DNA of 64,000 nucleotides from Oligoflexia bacterium (GCA_903898645.1 CAIUGE010000037.1:2055-66054); one strand, 5' to 3'. Shown: positions 30,709 through 41,339, counted from the stretch's first letter. Notes: generated from the letters alone by a model not told the origin. Numbers and translations are program-made.

Positions 30709-31776
30709 ATGTTTGATCAACTAGAAGCTGTTGTCGTTCGATTCCACGAAATTGAAGGCAGGCTTGCAGATCCTGCATGCGCCAAGAACGCAGAGGCATT
30801 TCGCAAGCTCTCGCAGGAGCATTCTTCTTTACAGGAGATTGTGCGGGAGTATGCAATGTACAAGGACTGTGTACGTGAATTGGAAGATAATCGTCTTTTA
30901 AGTCATGATACCGAGTTTTCGCAAATGGCATGGGATGAGATTCATCGTTTAGAGCCACTTGTTGATGCTTCTCGTCAGCGCCTACGTATTTTGCTTTTGC
31001 CAGAAGATCCACGCGATGCAAAAAATGTTGTTTTTGAGGTTCGTGCTGGGGCTGGAGGCGATGAGGCAGCTCTTTTTGTTGGAGAGATCTTCCGTTTATA
31101 CCAAAAATATGCTGAACGGCAGAACTGGAAAGTTACTGTGCTGTCGGCGCAGGTCACTGGATTAGGTGGATTTCGTGAAATCATTGCTGAGATTGAAGGG
31201 CAGAACGTCTTCAGTCGCCTCAAATGGGAGGCGGGTGTTCACCGAGTGCAACGTGTGCCTGAAACTGAATCTCAGGGTCGAGTCCATACATCAACAGTCA
31301 CTGTTGCAGTGATGCCTGAGGCAAGTGAGATGGATGTTGTTATTCAGCCAACTGACCTCCGTATTGATGTTTATCGATCGGGTGGTGCAGGAGGGCAGGG
31401 TGTGAATACGACAGATTCTGCAGTGCGTATTACCCATTTACCAACAAATCTAGTTGTTGTTTGTCAAGATGAGCGTTCTCAGATTAAGAATAAAGATAAA
31501 GCTATGAAGATTCTACGTTCGAGGCTTCTGGAAGCTGAGCGTGACCGATTTGAGAAGTCTCAATGTGCTGAAAGACGAAGTATGGTTGGGACTGGGGATC
31601 GGAGCGAGCGAATTCGTACATATAACTTTCCTCAGGGCAGACTCACAGACCATAGAATTAATGTAACGTTGTACCAACTATCTGCTGTGATGGAAGGTCA
31701 GATTGATGAAATTGTTAGCGGCCTTATTTCTCACTATCAGATGGAGGCATTGAGGCAGCAAGGTATTGTGGGATGA
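30709..31776 (+). CDS. prfA: Peptide chain release factor 1
   Basis: GGQ motif (SGGAGGQGVNTTDSAVRITHLPT) and the PxT region are present. Confidence 0.9.
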   Translation: MFDQLEAVVVRFHEIEGRLADPACAKNAEAFRKLSQEHSSLQEIVREYAMYKDCVRELEDNRLLSHDTEFSQMAWDEIHRLEPLVDASRQRLRILLLPEDPRDAKNVVFEVRAGAGGDEAALFVGEIFRLYQKYAERQNWKVTVLSAQVTGLGGFREIIAEIEGQNVFSRLKWEAGVHRVQRVPETESQGRVHTSTVTVAVMPEASEMDVVIQPTDLRIDVYRSGGAGGQGVNTTDSAVRITHLPTNLVVVCQDERSQIKNKDKAMKILRSRLLEAERDRFEKSQCAERRSMVGTGDRSERIRTYNFPQGRLTDHRINVTLYQLSAVMEGQIDEIVSGLISHYQMEALRQQGIVG

Positions 31777-32387
31777 ATCCCTATGTGACAGGTGAGGCGG
31801 CTTTTTACGGACGGATCTTTCATGTAACGCCCGATGTATTGATTCCTCGATTTGAAACGGAAGTTCTGGTGCAGGAATTACTGCGACGTACCCAAAAAGG
31901 TCGTGTGCTTGAAATAGGGACAGGCTCAGGGAATATTGCTATAACATTGGCCTGCGAATGCCCAGAGATGGAAATTGTGACGGTGGATTGCAGTGGTCCT
32001 GCTTTAGCTGTTGCGCGGTTGAATTGGGAGCGTCTTGGGGGTGGTTCTCGTGTGCAGTTCGTAGAAAGCGATGCGCTTTTTGATGCTGTCCAGGGTGAGT
32101 TTGATGTTTTTGTTTCTAATCCCCCGTATCTTTGCAATGTGCCTGAGGAAGTTGACAGTAATGTGTGTCTTTATGAGCCACATATTGCACTGTTCCCGCC
32201 TGATCCGCTGTATTTTTACCGTCTTTTTGCAAAGCAGGCGTCTGCCAGACTGATTGCCTTGGAGGTGCCGCATGAGCGAGCTTATAAGATCCAGGGTCTT
32301 TTTAGTGCTTGGCAAACGGAGTTGATCAATGATCTTACTGGGCGACCAAGAGTCTTAATGGGGGGTGTTTCGTATGGACTGCATTGA
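31773..32387 (+). CDS. prmC: Release-factor glutamine N5-methyltransferase (HemK/PrmC); short form
   Basis: NPPY motif and SAM-binding LEIGTGSG are present. It is translationally coupled to prfA. Confidence 0.75.
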   Translation: MNPYVTGEAAFYGRIFHVTPDVLIPRFETEVLVQELLRRTQKGRVLEIGTGSGNIAITLACECPEMEIVTVDCSGPALAVARLNWERLGGGSRVQFVESDALFDAVQGEFDVFVSNPPYLCNVPEEVDSNVCLYEPHIALFPPDPLYFYRLFAKQASARLIALEVPHERAYKIQGLFSAWQTELINDLTGRPRVLMGGVSYGLH

Positions 32388-33624
32388 TGTGTATGGTGGC
32401 AGGCCACTTGAAGGTGATGTGATACTGAGTGGCGCAAAGAACGCGGCTTTGCCTCTGCTCATTGCATCTTTGTTAACGGATGCAGTTATTGAGCTCAAGC
32501 ATGTTCCTGATCTGAAAGATATTCGAACAACTTTAGCGCTTTTGCAGCATCTTGGGGTGGAAATTGAGCATCGCGCTGGCGCCTACCGCTTGTCTGCTGC
32601 AAATGTTGCCTGCTTTGAGGCGCCTTATGAGCTCGTCAGTACAATGCGTGCATCGGTTCTTGTGCTGGGCCCACTTTTAGCGAGATTCGGTCAGGTGAAG
32701 GTGAGCTTGCCTGGGGGCTGCGCCATTGGCGCACGCCCGATTCAGTACCACCTGATGGGTCTTGAAAAGCTTGGAGCTGAGATCTGGCTTGAAAATGGCT
32801 ATGTTATCGCAAAAGCAAATCGCCTGAAGGGCACAACCATTCGATTTGATTTTCCAAGTGTTGGGGCAACGGAAAATATTCTTATGGCAGCGGTTTTAGC
32901 GGAAGGTGAAACTGTTTTAGAAAACTGTGCTTGTGAGCCCGAGATTGTAGATTTGGCCAATTTGCTCATCAAGATGGGGGCATATATTACAGGTGCCGGT
33001 ACCTCAACTATCCTTATCCGGGGCGTTACTAAATTACATGAGGCCACGCACGCTGTTATGGGTGACCGTATTGAGGCGGGTACTTTTGCGCTTGCTGTGT
33101 GTGGTACGGGTGGAGCTATTCGCGTGATGGGGATTGCGCCTGAAGCTTTGGGGACGCTTTTAGCTGTCTGTGAGCAGTGTGGTGCCCAGGTCGAGCGTTT
33201 TGAGGATGGTTTTGGCATGAAGGCTACAGAACGTATGCGGGCAGCAAGTATTACAACTGAGCCTTACCCTGGTTTTCCGACTGATATGCAGGCTCAATTT
33301 ATGGCCCTGATGAGTGTAGCTGGAGGTCGATCCTATATTACGGAGACTATTTTTGAGAATCGTTTTATGCACTGTTCCGAGCTCGCCCGATTGGGTGCAG
33401 ATATTAGTGTTGGAGGCGGTATTGCGACCGTACGGGGTGTGCCAGCTTTGTCAGGTGCTGAGGTGATGGCGACAGACCTCCGAGCAAGTGCGAGCTTGAT
33501 TCTTGGGGGGCTCTTTGCACATGGCTGCACGCGTGTGAACCGCATCTACCATCTGGATCGTGGCTATGAACGTATTGAGGAGAAGTTTCGTGCATTGGGA
33601 GCGCGTATTGAACGACGGATATAG
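32374..33624 (+). CDS. murA: UDP-N-acetylglucosamine 1-carboxyvinyltransferase
   Basis: MDCIDVYGG...SGAKNAALP N-terminus is present. The catalytic region is conserved. Confidence 0.9.
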   Translation: MDCIDVYGGRPLEGDVILSGAKNAALPLLIASLLTDAVIELKHVPDLKDIRTTLALLQHLGVEIEHRAGAYRLSAANVACFEAPYELVSTMRASVLVLGPLLARFGQVKVSLPGGCAIGARPIQYHLMGLEKLGAEIWLENGYVIAKANRLKGTTIRFDFPSVGATENILMAAVLAEGETVLENCACEPEIVDLANLLIKMGAYITGAGTSTILIRGVTKLHEATHAVMGDRIEAGTFALAVCGTGGAIRVMGIAPEALGTLLAVCEQCGAQVERFEDGFGMKATERMRAASITTEPYPGFPTDMQAQFMALMSVAGGRSYITETIFENRFMHCSELARLGADISVGGGIATVRGVPALSGAEVMATDLRASASLILGGLFAHGCTRVNRIYHLDRGYERIEEKFRALGARIERRI

Positions 33625-33756
33625 TGCGCAGCAAAACAAAGATACAAATTACATGAGGAAGAAAACGAAATAGAGTCAGTATGCCGCCATTATTATTACC
33701 TAGCGGCTGTAGGTATTATTTATCAACGTACGAGAGAATAGGCATGGCTCGCCATG

Positions 33757-34113
33757 TTATTTTGCTGCATCGTCTACAACGGATCCCTTGCGGAATAGAC
33801 TCGCTTTTTTACTCGCTGATTCAGCATCCTGGTACATGTGTGCGCCATGTTTTTTGCAAGCCTCAGCGCGTGTCTCTTCAAAACCTGCAACCAGATGGAT
33901 GAGAGGGTCGGCTTCTTGGCGCAATTCACCGTTAATAGGTGTCTGGGCAGAGATGATGGGGGTTATTCCTAGCTCATTTTGTTTAATATTCTCTTGTTGC
34001 TGCGTTTTTTTTTCCTTTTTTGGACGATGCTCCTCTACATTCGTTTTGTCGTTTGCAGTACTTGTCAGAGGCGTGATGAACTTCATGAGAGCTGAGCCAA
34101 TTTGAGAGATCAT
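33757..34113 (-). CDS. Hypothetical charged protein (118 aa)
   Basis: ORF lies in the otherwise empty 600-nt murA to AONS intergenic region. Confidence 0.25.
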   Translation of the reverse strand: MISQIGSALMKFITPLTSTANDKTNVEEHRPKKEKKTQQQENIKQNELGITPIISAQTPINGELRQEADPLIHLVAGFEETRAEACKKHGAHMYQDAESASKKASLFRKGSVVDDAAK

Positions 34114-34223
34114 GAATATCTATCGACGCATTGCGTTTATTTGATAAATGCCGTATCATATTTGACCCTGTGGCTTGATAAATGCTAGAGTCCACCAGGT
34201 ACTTCGGTAGAAAGGGGACCAGT

Positions 34224-35441
34224 ATGCTGTCTCGTAAGGATATTTTTACAAAATGTAGCGCTTTTGACGATGCAAAGAAAGTTATCGCAGTTGGTTTATA
34301 TCCTTTTTTCCGACCCATAGAATCAACGCTTGGTTCTAGTGTCGTGACAGCGGGTAGGCGCCGCGTGATGATTGGTTCGAATAATTACCTAGGGCTGACG
34401 CACCACCCCAGGGTCCAAGAAGCATCACGCAAAGCAATTGACAAGTTTGGAACTGGGTGCACAGGTTCTCGGTTTTTGAACGGAAATCTTGTTCTCCATG
34501 AGGAGCTTGAGGAGCGCTTAGCGCATTTTGTCGGCAAAGAGGCGTGCCTGGTTTTTAATTCTGGGTTTCTTGCAAATCAGGGCGCTATATCAACGCTTAT
34601 TGGGCGTCATGATGTGATCTACAGCGATCGGGAAAATCACGCATCTATTTTAGAGGGTACAAAGGTAGCATTAGGAGAGACTGTTAAGTTTCGTCATAAT
34701 GACATGCGTGACCTTGAACGGGTGTTGAAGCTGACACGTGAAAAATATGAAGGTGCGATGATTATCGCAGATGGCGTTTTTTCTATGTCCGGGGATATTT
34801 TTCCTATTCCTGAAGCCTTGGCCTTAGCGCGTCAGTATGGCGCAAGACTCTATATTGATGATGCACATGCTTTGGGCGTCTTGGGTGCACAGGGGCAAGG
34901 AACAGAGAATCATTTTGGTCTGTCAGATGTTGATGTTATTGTAGGCACATTCTCAAAATCGTTTGCGTCTTTGGGCGGGTTTATGGCGGCATCCAAGGAT
35001 GTTATTCATTATGTGAAGCATAAGTGTAGGCCATTTATTTTTAGTGCAGCAATGCCGCCTGCAGCTTTAGGTGCCGTGCTTGAGTGTTTGACAATTGTTC
35101 GTGAGGAGCCAGAGCATTTAGAACGTCTTTGGCAGAATGCGCGGTTTATGAGTCATGAGTTGAAGCTTTTAGGATACAACACGCTTGGAAGTACAACGCC
35201 GATTATCCCTCTTATTATTGGTGAAGATATGCAAGCATTCACCTTCACGCAGAAACTTTATGAGCATGGTATTTTTGCAACACCTGTCATTAGTCCTGCG
35301 GTGCCAGAGGGGCATGCATTGCTGAGGACAAGTTACATGGCGTCTCATACGATGGATGATCTCTGCTATGTTCTGGATGTTTTAAAAAAACTTGGCACGC
35401 TCTTTCGCATTACTGAGCAGGAAAATCGAGCCACGCTCTAA
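34224..35441 (+). CDS. PLP-dependent alpha-oxoamine synthase family enzyme (8-amino-7-oxononanoate synthase / serine palmitoyltransferase / 2-amino-3-ketobutyrate CoA ligase type)
   Basis: GTFSKSF with the PLP lysine is present. The class-II aminotransferase fold pattern is present. Confidence 0.8.
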   Translation: MLSRKDIFTKCSAFDDAKKVIAVGLYPFFRPIESTLGSSVVTAGRRRVMIGSNNYLGLTHHPRVQEASRKAIDKFGTGCTGSRFLNGNLVLHEELEERLAHFVGKEACLVFNSGFLANQGAISTLIGRHDVIYSDRENHASILEGTKVALGETVKFRHNDMRDLERVLKLTREKYEGAMIIADGVFSMSGDIFPIPEALALARQYGARLYIDDAHALGVLGAQGQGTENHFGLSDVDVIVGTFSKSFASLGGFMAASKDVIHYVKHKCRPFIFSAAMPPAALGAVLECLTIVREEPEHLERLWQNARFMSHELKLLGYNTLGSTTPIIPLIIGEDMQAFTFTQKLYEHGIFATPVISPAVPEGHALLRTSYMASHTMDDLCYVLDVLKKLGTLFRITEQENRATL

Positions 35442-35449
35442 GGAGTATT

Positions 35450-36601
35450 ATGATTGAAATACGGAAGGTGCAGGCGAAGTCTGACTGGAAGCATTTTTTT
35501 GCAGTTCCTTTGAAAATTTACAAAGACGATCTTTTCTATGTGCCACCACTCCAGATTGCACAGACTGCAATTTTTGATAAAAAGAATCCTTTTTTCGAGC
35601 ATGCGAGTCTTGAGGCTTTTGTTGCTTTTCGAGGGAAGCAGGCGGTCGGGCGTATTGTCTGTATTATCGATGAGGATTACTGCTCTCTTCTTGGAGAGAA
35701 GGCAGCTTTTTTTGGCTTTTTTGAAGCAATGGATGAAGTTTCGGCGCAAGCGCTTTTAGCTCATGCAATGACATGGACGAAGGAGCATGGGCTGGAAGTG
35801 CTTCGTGGGCCGATGAACCCAAGTATCAACCATGAGTGTGGTCTTTTGATTAAAGGGTTTCAGTACCGGCCATTTGTGATGATGCCTTATAATAAGCCGC
35901 AGTATGGTGACTATCTGGAGCAGGCAGGTTTTGTTAAAATTCAGGATCTCTTTGCCTACCACCTGTCAGCAGCAACGTCACAGATCTCCGAGCGTATGCT
36001 TCGGCATGCTGAGCGATTGCGGATGCGAGGGCGGTTTGTGTTTCGGCCACTCAATATGGCGGCGTTTGATAGTGAAGTTGATCTTTTGCTCGATATTTAT
36101 AATGATGCTTGGGAAAAAAATTGGGGTTTTGTCCCCATGCGTCCGGCAGAATTTCGCGCTATGGCAAAGGATATGAAACTTGTTGTAGATCCTGAGCTTT
36201 GCTTGATTGCTGAGGTCGAGGGCAAGGCTGTTGCATTTGCGCTGGCACTGCCTGACATCAATCAGGCGCTTGTGCATGTGAAAGAAGGGCGGCTCACGCC
36301 TTTGAATCTTTTGAAGCTTTTTTGGTATCTTAAGGGGCCAGCTGCAAAAAGAACAATAACGCAGTTTCGTGTCATTACTTTAGGCGTAAGAAAAACGTAC
36401 CAGGAAAGCGGCATTGGTCCTCTTATGTATACTGAGTTTTGGAGACGGGGCGTTGCCAAAGGTTTATGTGAAGCTGAAGCATCATGGATTTTAGAAAACA
36501 ATGTGCCTATGAATACAGCATTGGAGGCACTTGGGGCTGAAAAGACGAAAGTTTATCGCATTTATGAGCGAAAGGTAACGAGTGCGGATACTGGGCATTG
36601 A
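35450..36601 (+). CDS. GNAT-fold acyltransferase-like protein, two-lobed (383 aa)
   Basis: The start is 9 nt after the AONS stop. No precise family was recognised. Confidence 0.45.
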   Translation: MIEIRKVQAKSDWKHFFAVPLKIYKDDLFYVPPLQIAQTAIFDKKNPFFEHASLEAFVAFRGKQAVGRIVCIIDEDYCSLLGEKAAFFGFFEAMDEVSAQALLAHAMTWTKEHGLEVLRGPMNPSINHECGLLIKGFQYRPFVMMPYNKPQYGDYLEQAGFVKIQDLFAYHLSAATSQISERMLRHAERLRMRGRFVFRPLNMAAFDSEVDLLLDIYNDAWEKNWGFVPMRPAEFRAMAKDMKLVVDPELCLIAEVEGKAVAFALALPDINQALVHVKEGRLTPLNLLKLFWYLKGPAAKRTITQFRVITLGVRKTYQESGIGPLMYTEFWRRGVAKGLCEAEASWILENNVPMNTALEALGAEKTKVYRIYERKVTSADTGH

Positions 36602-37091
36602 TCCTGGATCGTGGAAGACGGGCTATGGGCTGATTGAGAGTAAGGATTTTTCGGTTATTGCATGCGGGACCATTTGTTTGCCACGTACATCTCATGCACA
36701 GTCTTTAGGTGTGCTCTGGCGTGAACTTGAAAACGTTTTCTCTCAAAATAGACCCGACTGTGTTATTGTTGAGCGGATTTTTTATGGCAGAAGTATTGCC
36801 TCAGCGCTTGTCCTGGGGCAAGCTCGGGGAGTCGCCTTAGCGGCAGCAGGCTTTTGGCATTGTGATTGTCATGAATATACAGCATGTGAAGTGAAAGGTG
36901 CTGTTGCAGGGCATGGGCATGCGTCAAAAGAGGCAGTTGCCGCTGCAGTGCGGATGTATGCAAAATTTCAGGGAGAATTTGATACACTGGACGCATCTGA
37001 TGCGCTTGCTTTGGCTCTATGTCATATGCTCAAGCCTGCAAAAAAGAAAAAACGGCTCTCATTGGCAGAAAGTTTGGAGCACGTTTTATGA
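36582..37091 (+). CDS. ruvC: Holliday junction resolvase RuvC
   Basis: ILGIDPGS...GYG N-terminus and RNase H-like fold are present. Confidence 0.85.
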   Translation: MRILGIDPGSWKTGYGLIESKDFSVIACGTICLPRTSHAQSLGVLWRELENVFSQNRPDCVIVERIFYGRSIASALVLGQARGVALAAAGFWHCDCHEYTACEVKGAVAGHGHASKEAVAAAVRMYAKFQGEFDTLDASDALALALCHMLKPAKKKKRLSLAESLEHVL

Positions 37092-37621
37092 TTGGGCAAT
37101 TGCGTGGACAAGTTGTGCATCTGGAATCGCCACAAAGTGCCACTATTCTTGTCGGATCTGTTGGCTATAATGTGCGTGTGCCATCGTGCAGTATGGCTCT
37201 TGGCGATGAGTGTATCTTTTGGATTCATACCCATGTGAGAGAAGATGCTTTTGAGCTCTATGGTTTTCTTGAACTTGAGGATCGTGTTTTTTTCAGGCAA
37301 CTTCTGACTGTTACTGGGGTAGGTCCCCGCTGTGCTTTGGGTATTCTAGGCGCAAGTCGTGTCACGCTTCAGCAGGCATTGGCCACAAGGGATCAAGAAT
37401 TGCTTCGCACATTGCCTGGTGTAGGTAAAAAACTTGCTGAGCGTTTGATTGTCGAATTAGCAGATAAGGTGCAGCACGATGAGGTTGCTTTTTTAGCAAG
37501 CGCTTTGTTGAAGGATCTTGGCTTAACGCACCAGGAGATAGCCAAGGTGCTTCAAAAGCGTATTGCTGGGCAATCGGCTGAAGATATTGTGCGCTTTGCA
37601 CTCAAAACGAGGCATAAGTGA
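37088..37621 (+). CDS. ruvA: Holliday junction DNA helicase RuvA
   Basis: MIGQLRGQV start and HhH motifs LPGVGKK are present. Confidence 0.85.
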   Translation: MIGQLRGQVVHLESPQSATILVGSVGYNVRVPSCSMALGDECIFWIHTHVREDAFELYGFLELEDRVFFRQLLTVTGVGPRCALGILGASRVTLQQALATRDQELLRTLPGVGKKLAERLIVELADKVQHDEVAFLASALLKDLGLTHQEIAKVLQKRIAGQSAEDIVRFALKTRHK

Positions 37622-38580
37622 ATCTTCGGCCTCAATCCTTGGCGGATTATATGGGGCAGCAGACAGTGAGTGAGCATCTCACTATTGCCCTTGATGCGGC
37701 GAAAAAGCGTGAAGAGCGGCTCGATCACGTGCTGCTCAGTGGTCCTCCGGGTTTGGGGAAGACGACACTTGCGCATATCATTGCTCTTGAGATGGGGAGT
37801 GCTGTCCATACGGTTGCAGGCCCACATATTGAAAAAAAAGCTGATCTTGCGGCACTTTTAGCAAATCTTGCGCCACGTGATGTGCTTTTTATTGATGAAA
37901 TTCACCGGATGCCGAGGGCGATTGAGGAGATTCTCTACAGTGCTATGGAAGATAGTGCGTTGTGCATTTTGGCTGGCCAAGGTATGCATGCGCGTACCTT
38001 GCGGATCGATCTAGCTCCTTTTACCTTAATTGGTGCTACAACACGTGTGGGACTTTTGTCGGCTCCTTTGCGAGATCGTTTTGGTATGCATTTCCGGCTT
38101 GAACTCTATGCAGATGATGATTTGGCGCAGATTGTGCAGCGCTCGGCCCATTTGCTGGCCTTACAACTTACTGACGCAGCTGCTCGTGCACTTGCTATGC
38201 GTGCAAGGGGCACGCCGCGGCTGGCTAATAGGCTTTTGCACCGCATTCGAGATTATATCACAGTGCGTAAATCCCATATTATATGTTTGGACCAGGTTGA
38301 TATTGAAGAGGCGCTTGATTTTCTACGTGTCGATGTATGTGGTCTCGATAGGATGGACCGTCAGCTGCTGCACACACTCATCCATGTTTTTCGGAAGCGG
38401 CCCGTCGGTCTTGAGACCCTAGCCGCAGCTTTAGGTGAAGATATAGCTACCGTGCAGGATGTTATGGAACCCTATCTCCTCCAGACCGGCATGATTGTTT
38501 GTACGCCTCGTGGGCGAGAAGCAACCGAGAAGGCTGAGGAGCATCTCTTGTTGCAAAAAAACAACAGGAGCGGTGCGTAG
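37618..38580 (+). CDS. ruvB: Holliday junction DNA helicase RuvB
   Basis: GPPGLGKTTLA Walker A and the DEIHR sensor are present. Confidence 0.9.
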   Translation: MNLRPQSLADYMGQQTVSEHLTIALDAAKKREERLDHVLLSGPPGLGKTTLAHIIALEMGSAVHTVAGPHIEKKADLAALLANLAPRDVLFIDEIHRMPRAIEEILYSAMEDSALCILAGQGMHARTLRIDLAPFTLIGATTRVGLLSAPLRDRFGMHFRLELYADDDLAQIVQRSAHLLALQLTDAAARALAMRARGTPRLANRLLHRIRDYITVRKSHIICLDQVDIEEALDFLRVDVCGLDRMDRQLLHTLIHVFRKRPVGLETLAAALGEDIATVQDVMEPYLLQTGMIVCTPRGREATEKAEEHLLLQKNNRSGA

Positions 38581-38714
38581 TTGTTGTAAAAGAGTCACAA
38601 CAGGTAGCTCATAAAATTCTCTTTGCACGGCATAGTAACTCCCATGGGGCTTCTTTTTATAAAAAAGAAGATCATTTTTGGCACACATTTTGCTAGAGTA
38701 ATTGTAGGGACACT

Positions 38715-39581
38715 ATGGAGCGATACCAAAAAACAATAGCTCAAAAAGTAACACTGTGCGGCAAAGGTCTTCATTCCGACCAAGTAACTCGTATTGATCT
38801 TTCACCTGCATTCCCAGATACAGGGCTTTGTTTTCGGCATCCTGGTGGGGATATATTTCGCGCATCAGGTGCATCTATTGCATCAACGGAGCTTGCGACA
38901 ACCATTGCGCATAATGCATCGCGTATAGCGACTGTGGAGCATTTCTTGGCTGCATGTGGAGGCTTGGGAATTACCAATCTTCTGATTGAAGTGCACGGCA
39001 ATGAGATGCCTATTTTAGATGGCTCTGCGAAGGATTTTTATGAGCTTTTAGCTCCCCATATTGTGTACCAAAGTTCCTATGCTGATGTGCTCTATGTGAC
39101 CAAGCGATTTGAATGGAAAGTGGGTTCCAAATGGGCTGTTGTTGAGCCTGCGGAGCGCCTTGAGATCACAGGTTCTATTGATTGGGATCATCCGGCAATT
39201 GGGTTTCAGGAGTTTAGCTACAAAGATGGTGTGACAGATTTTTCTGAGATTGCATCTGCTAGAACATTTGGGTTTTTACGTGACGTTGAAAGACTCAGAA
39301 AAGCGGGACTTGTTCAAGGCGGTTCTTTAGAAAATGCAGTTGTCCTTGATACTGCTCGTGTTATAAATCCCGAGGGCTTGCGTTACCCAGATGAATTTGC
39401 GCGGCACAAGGTATTGGATGCACTCGGCGATTTTCAATTAGCGGGTGCTTATATCTGTGGCAGATTTCGGCTTTACCGCGCAGGACATGATTTGCATGCT
39501 AGGATTGTGCGAGATCTTCTCACTGTTCCTGGGCTTACCCAGCATGTGCGGCCCCTCGATGCATTTGTTGCAGTTGGGTGA
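38715..39581 (+). CDS. lpxC: UDP-3-O-acyl-N-acetylglucosamine deacetylase
   Basis: LpxC N-terminus ...TLCGKGLHSD... and two-domain length are present. Confidence 0.85.
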   Translation: MERYQKTIAQKVTLCGKGLHSDQVTRIDLSPAFPDTGLCFRHPGGDIFRASGASIASTELATTIAHNASRIATVEHFLAACGGLGITNLLIEVHGNEMPILDGSAKDFYELLAPHIVYQSSYADVLYVTKRFEWKVGSKWAVVEPAERLEITGSIDWDHPAIGFQEFSYKDGVTDFSEIASARTFGFLRDVERLRKAGLVQGGSLENAVVLDTARVINPEGLRYPDEFARHKVLDALGDFQLAGAYICGRFRLYRAGHDLHARIVRDLLTVPGLTQHVRPLDAFVAVG

Positions 39582-39601
39582 GGAGCGGCGGACCGCTCCT
39601 C
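39580..39601. terminator. GC-rich 9-bp perfect hairpin (gaggagcgg-cgga-ccgctcctc) between convergent lpxC and an OMP gene
   Basis: Palindrome read directly from the sequence. There is no clear U-tract. Confidence 0.35.
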
Positions 39602-39608
39602 AAGATAC

Positions 39609-40160
39609 TTACCAAGTATAGGCAGCGCCTACATAAAGGGCGCAGGTGCTGAGGCCTCTTTCACCACCAGTAAAAATACGTGTCCAGCTGCCCTCTGCTA
39701 GCAAGTTGATGTTATCATTGAGTGCATGCTCGTAGCCTATAACAGGGCTCAGTCCGATGGCTGACGTTGAGCCTGTTAGAAGGGTAGTTGTCACTACATC
39801 CTCTGTTTTGGTTTGCTTCCAATTTTTTCCTAAGACGCCCAAACCGAGTCGTCCGCTGACGTACATTCCAGTCTGTGCGATTTTTTTGTACGTGAGTTCA
39901 GGACCAAAAAATATAACATTAAAATTTGTGCCGCTTACGGTACCCATAAATGTATTCAGGTAAGCGCCAATAGCTAGTAATCCATGCTGTGTTTGCATCA
40001 GGCCGGTGCCTGCTTTTAGCGATCCACCAAAACGCTTGGCTGATACAGGTGCTGCTAGGAAGTTAGCTCCGATCATGCCAGCGGCATAATGTGTTGTCTC
40101 CTCGGCAAATGCTGGAAGTAGGCTCGTACCAATAAAAAATGCAAGAGTAAAAAGTTTCAT
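39609..40160 (-). CDS. Small outer-membrane beta-barrel protein, paralog 1 (183 aa)
   Basis: Signal peptide is present. Alternating hydrophobic strands. C-terminal ...YVGAAYTW aromatic terminus is typical of OMPs. Confidence 0.55.
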   Translation of the reverse strand: MKLFTLAFFIGTSLLPAFAEETTHYAAGMIGANFLAAPVSAKRFGGSLKAGTGLMQTQHGLLAIGAYLNTFMGTVSGTNFNVIFFGPELTYKKIAQTGMYVSGRLGLGVLGKNWKQTKTEDVVTTTLLTGSTSAIGLSPVIGYEHALNDNINLLAEGSWTRIFTGGERGLSTCALYVGAAYTW

Positions 40161-40255
40161 GCGACGCCCCCTCCTTTAGGGGTAGATGTTAATCTATCCT
40201 TGTCAGTTTGGTAGGAGTAGGAGAGGGCGTCAAGACTTAATTCAGGACAAAACGA

Positions 40256-40693
40256 TTACCAGGTATAGGCAGCACCTGCATAGAACTCCAATGTGCTCAA
40301 GCCGCTTGAGCCAGCAGCAATATGTGTCCAATTGCCTTCGGCGATGAGTGTCACAGCATTGTTGATGGTATGTTCATGGCCTACAGCCGGACCAAATCCG
40401 ATGCCTGCGACTGAGGCGCTGCTTGGGTCCATAGAGATACTCGTTGACCCTACTGCTACTGATACCCCTGTCCATCGGTGGCTTATAATCCCTAGGCCGA
40501 GTCGTGCGCTGACGTACAAGCCAGTCTGTGCGATTTTTCGGTACATAAGTTCAGGACCAAAAAACAGGACATTAAAATTTACAGGGCCTACAGATCCCCC
40601 AAACAGGTTGAAGTATCCACCAATGGATAGAAGTCCATTTGGTGTTTGAGTAATTAAAGCAATTGCCAGTTCTACATAGCCACTTGGATGCAC
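40256..40693 (-). pseudogene. OMP paralog 2, N-terminally truncated (no signal peptide; GTG pseudo-start)
   Basis: It aligns to paralog 1 from about residue 45 onward. An in-frame TGA lies just upstream, and a short out-of-frame ATG ORF follows the RBS at 40712. Confidence 0.5.
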
Positions 40694-40766
40694 ATTTGAC
40701 GCGGGTGTTCATTTTCCTCCTAAGCTTATAGACAATGGACGGAGAGCATCAAGGTCAAATGATGGC

Positions 40767-41282
40767 CTACCAGAGGTATGCGAAACCAACTTGGAAAATA
40801 GGGTAGGCTTGGGCAGGAGCGATAGCTAATGGTTTTTCGTTATGTTTTAAAGTTGCAGACTCTATAGACAGAAGGCTCGCTTCTGTGAGTATTTTAAAAC
40901 TATCGTTGAGTGGGAATCCATAGCCTACGAACGGGCTCCAGGCAAAAGCTGTTCCAACGGCCTGGATGCCACGTAAGGAGGCGTGCGAGGCGGCAACAAT
41001 TCCAAGGCCAATGCGGGAGCCAAGGTATATTCCTGTATTTAAAATTCTGCGGTATGATAATTCGGTTCCAATAAGGCCAGATCCTTTGTAGATGCCAAGC
41101 GACAGAAGTCCTTTGGTCGTATTAAAAAGGGAGACTCCCATTCGGAGTGATAATTTATCAGTACTTGCGTACTGCGTTGTGTCGATACCCTTTATAAATG
41201 CAATCGAAGCATAGCCATCAGTACTTGCTGCTATTGGTCTTGCGTAGAGGCTGAGAAGAAAGATGGCAATGAAAAATTTCAT
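40767..41282 (-). CDS. Small outer-membrane beta-barrel protein, paralog 3 (171 aa)
   Basis: Signal peptide MKFFIAIFLLSLYA is present. The C-terminus is FAYLW. Confidence 0.55.
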   Translation of the reverse strand: MKFFIAIFLLSLYARPIAASTDGYASIAFIKGIDTTQYASTDKLSLRMGVSLFNTTKGLLSLGIYKGSGLIGTELSYRRILNTGIYLGSRIGLGIVAASHASLRGIQAVGTAFAWSPFVGYGFPLNDSFKILTEASLLSIESATLKHNEKPLAIAPAQAYPIFQVGFAYLW

Positions 41283-41339
41283 GAGCGCTATATTTTAGCG
41301 CATCGTATCAAAAAAAGCAACTTTAAAATGACCCCTTCC

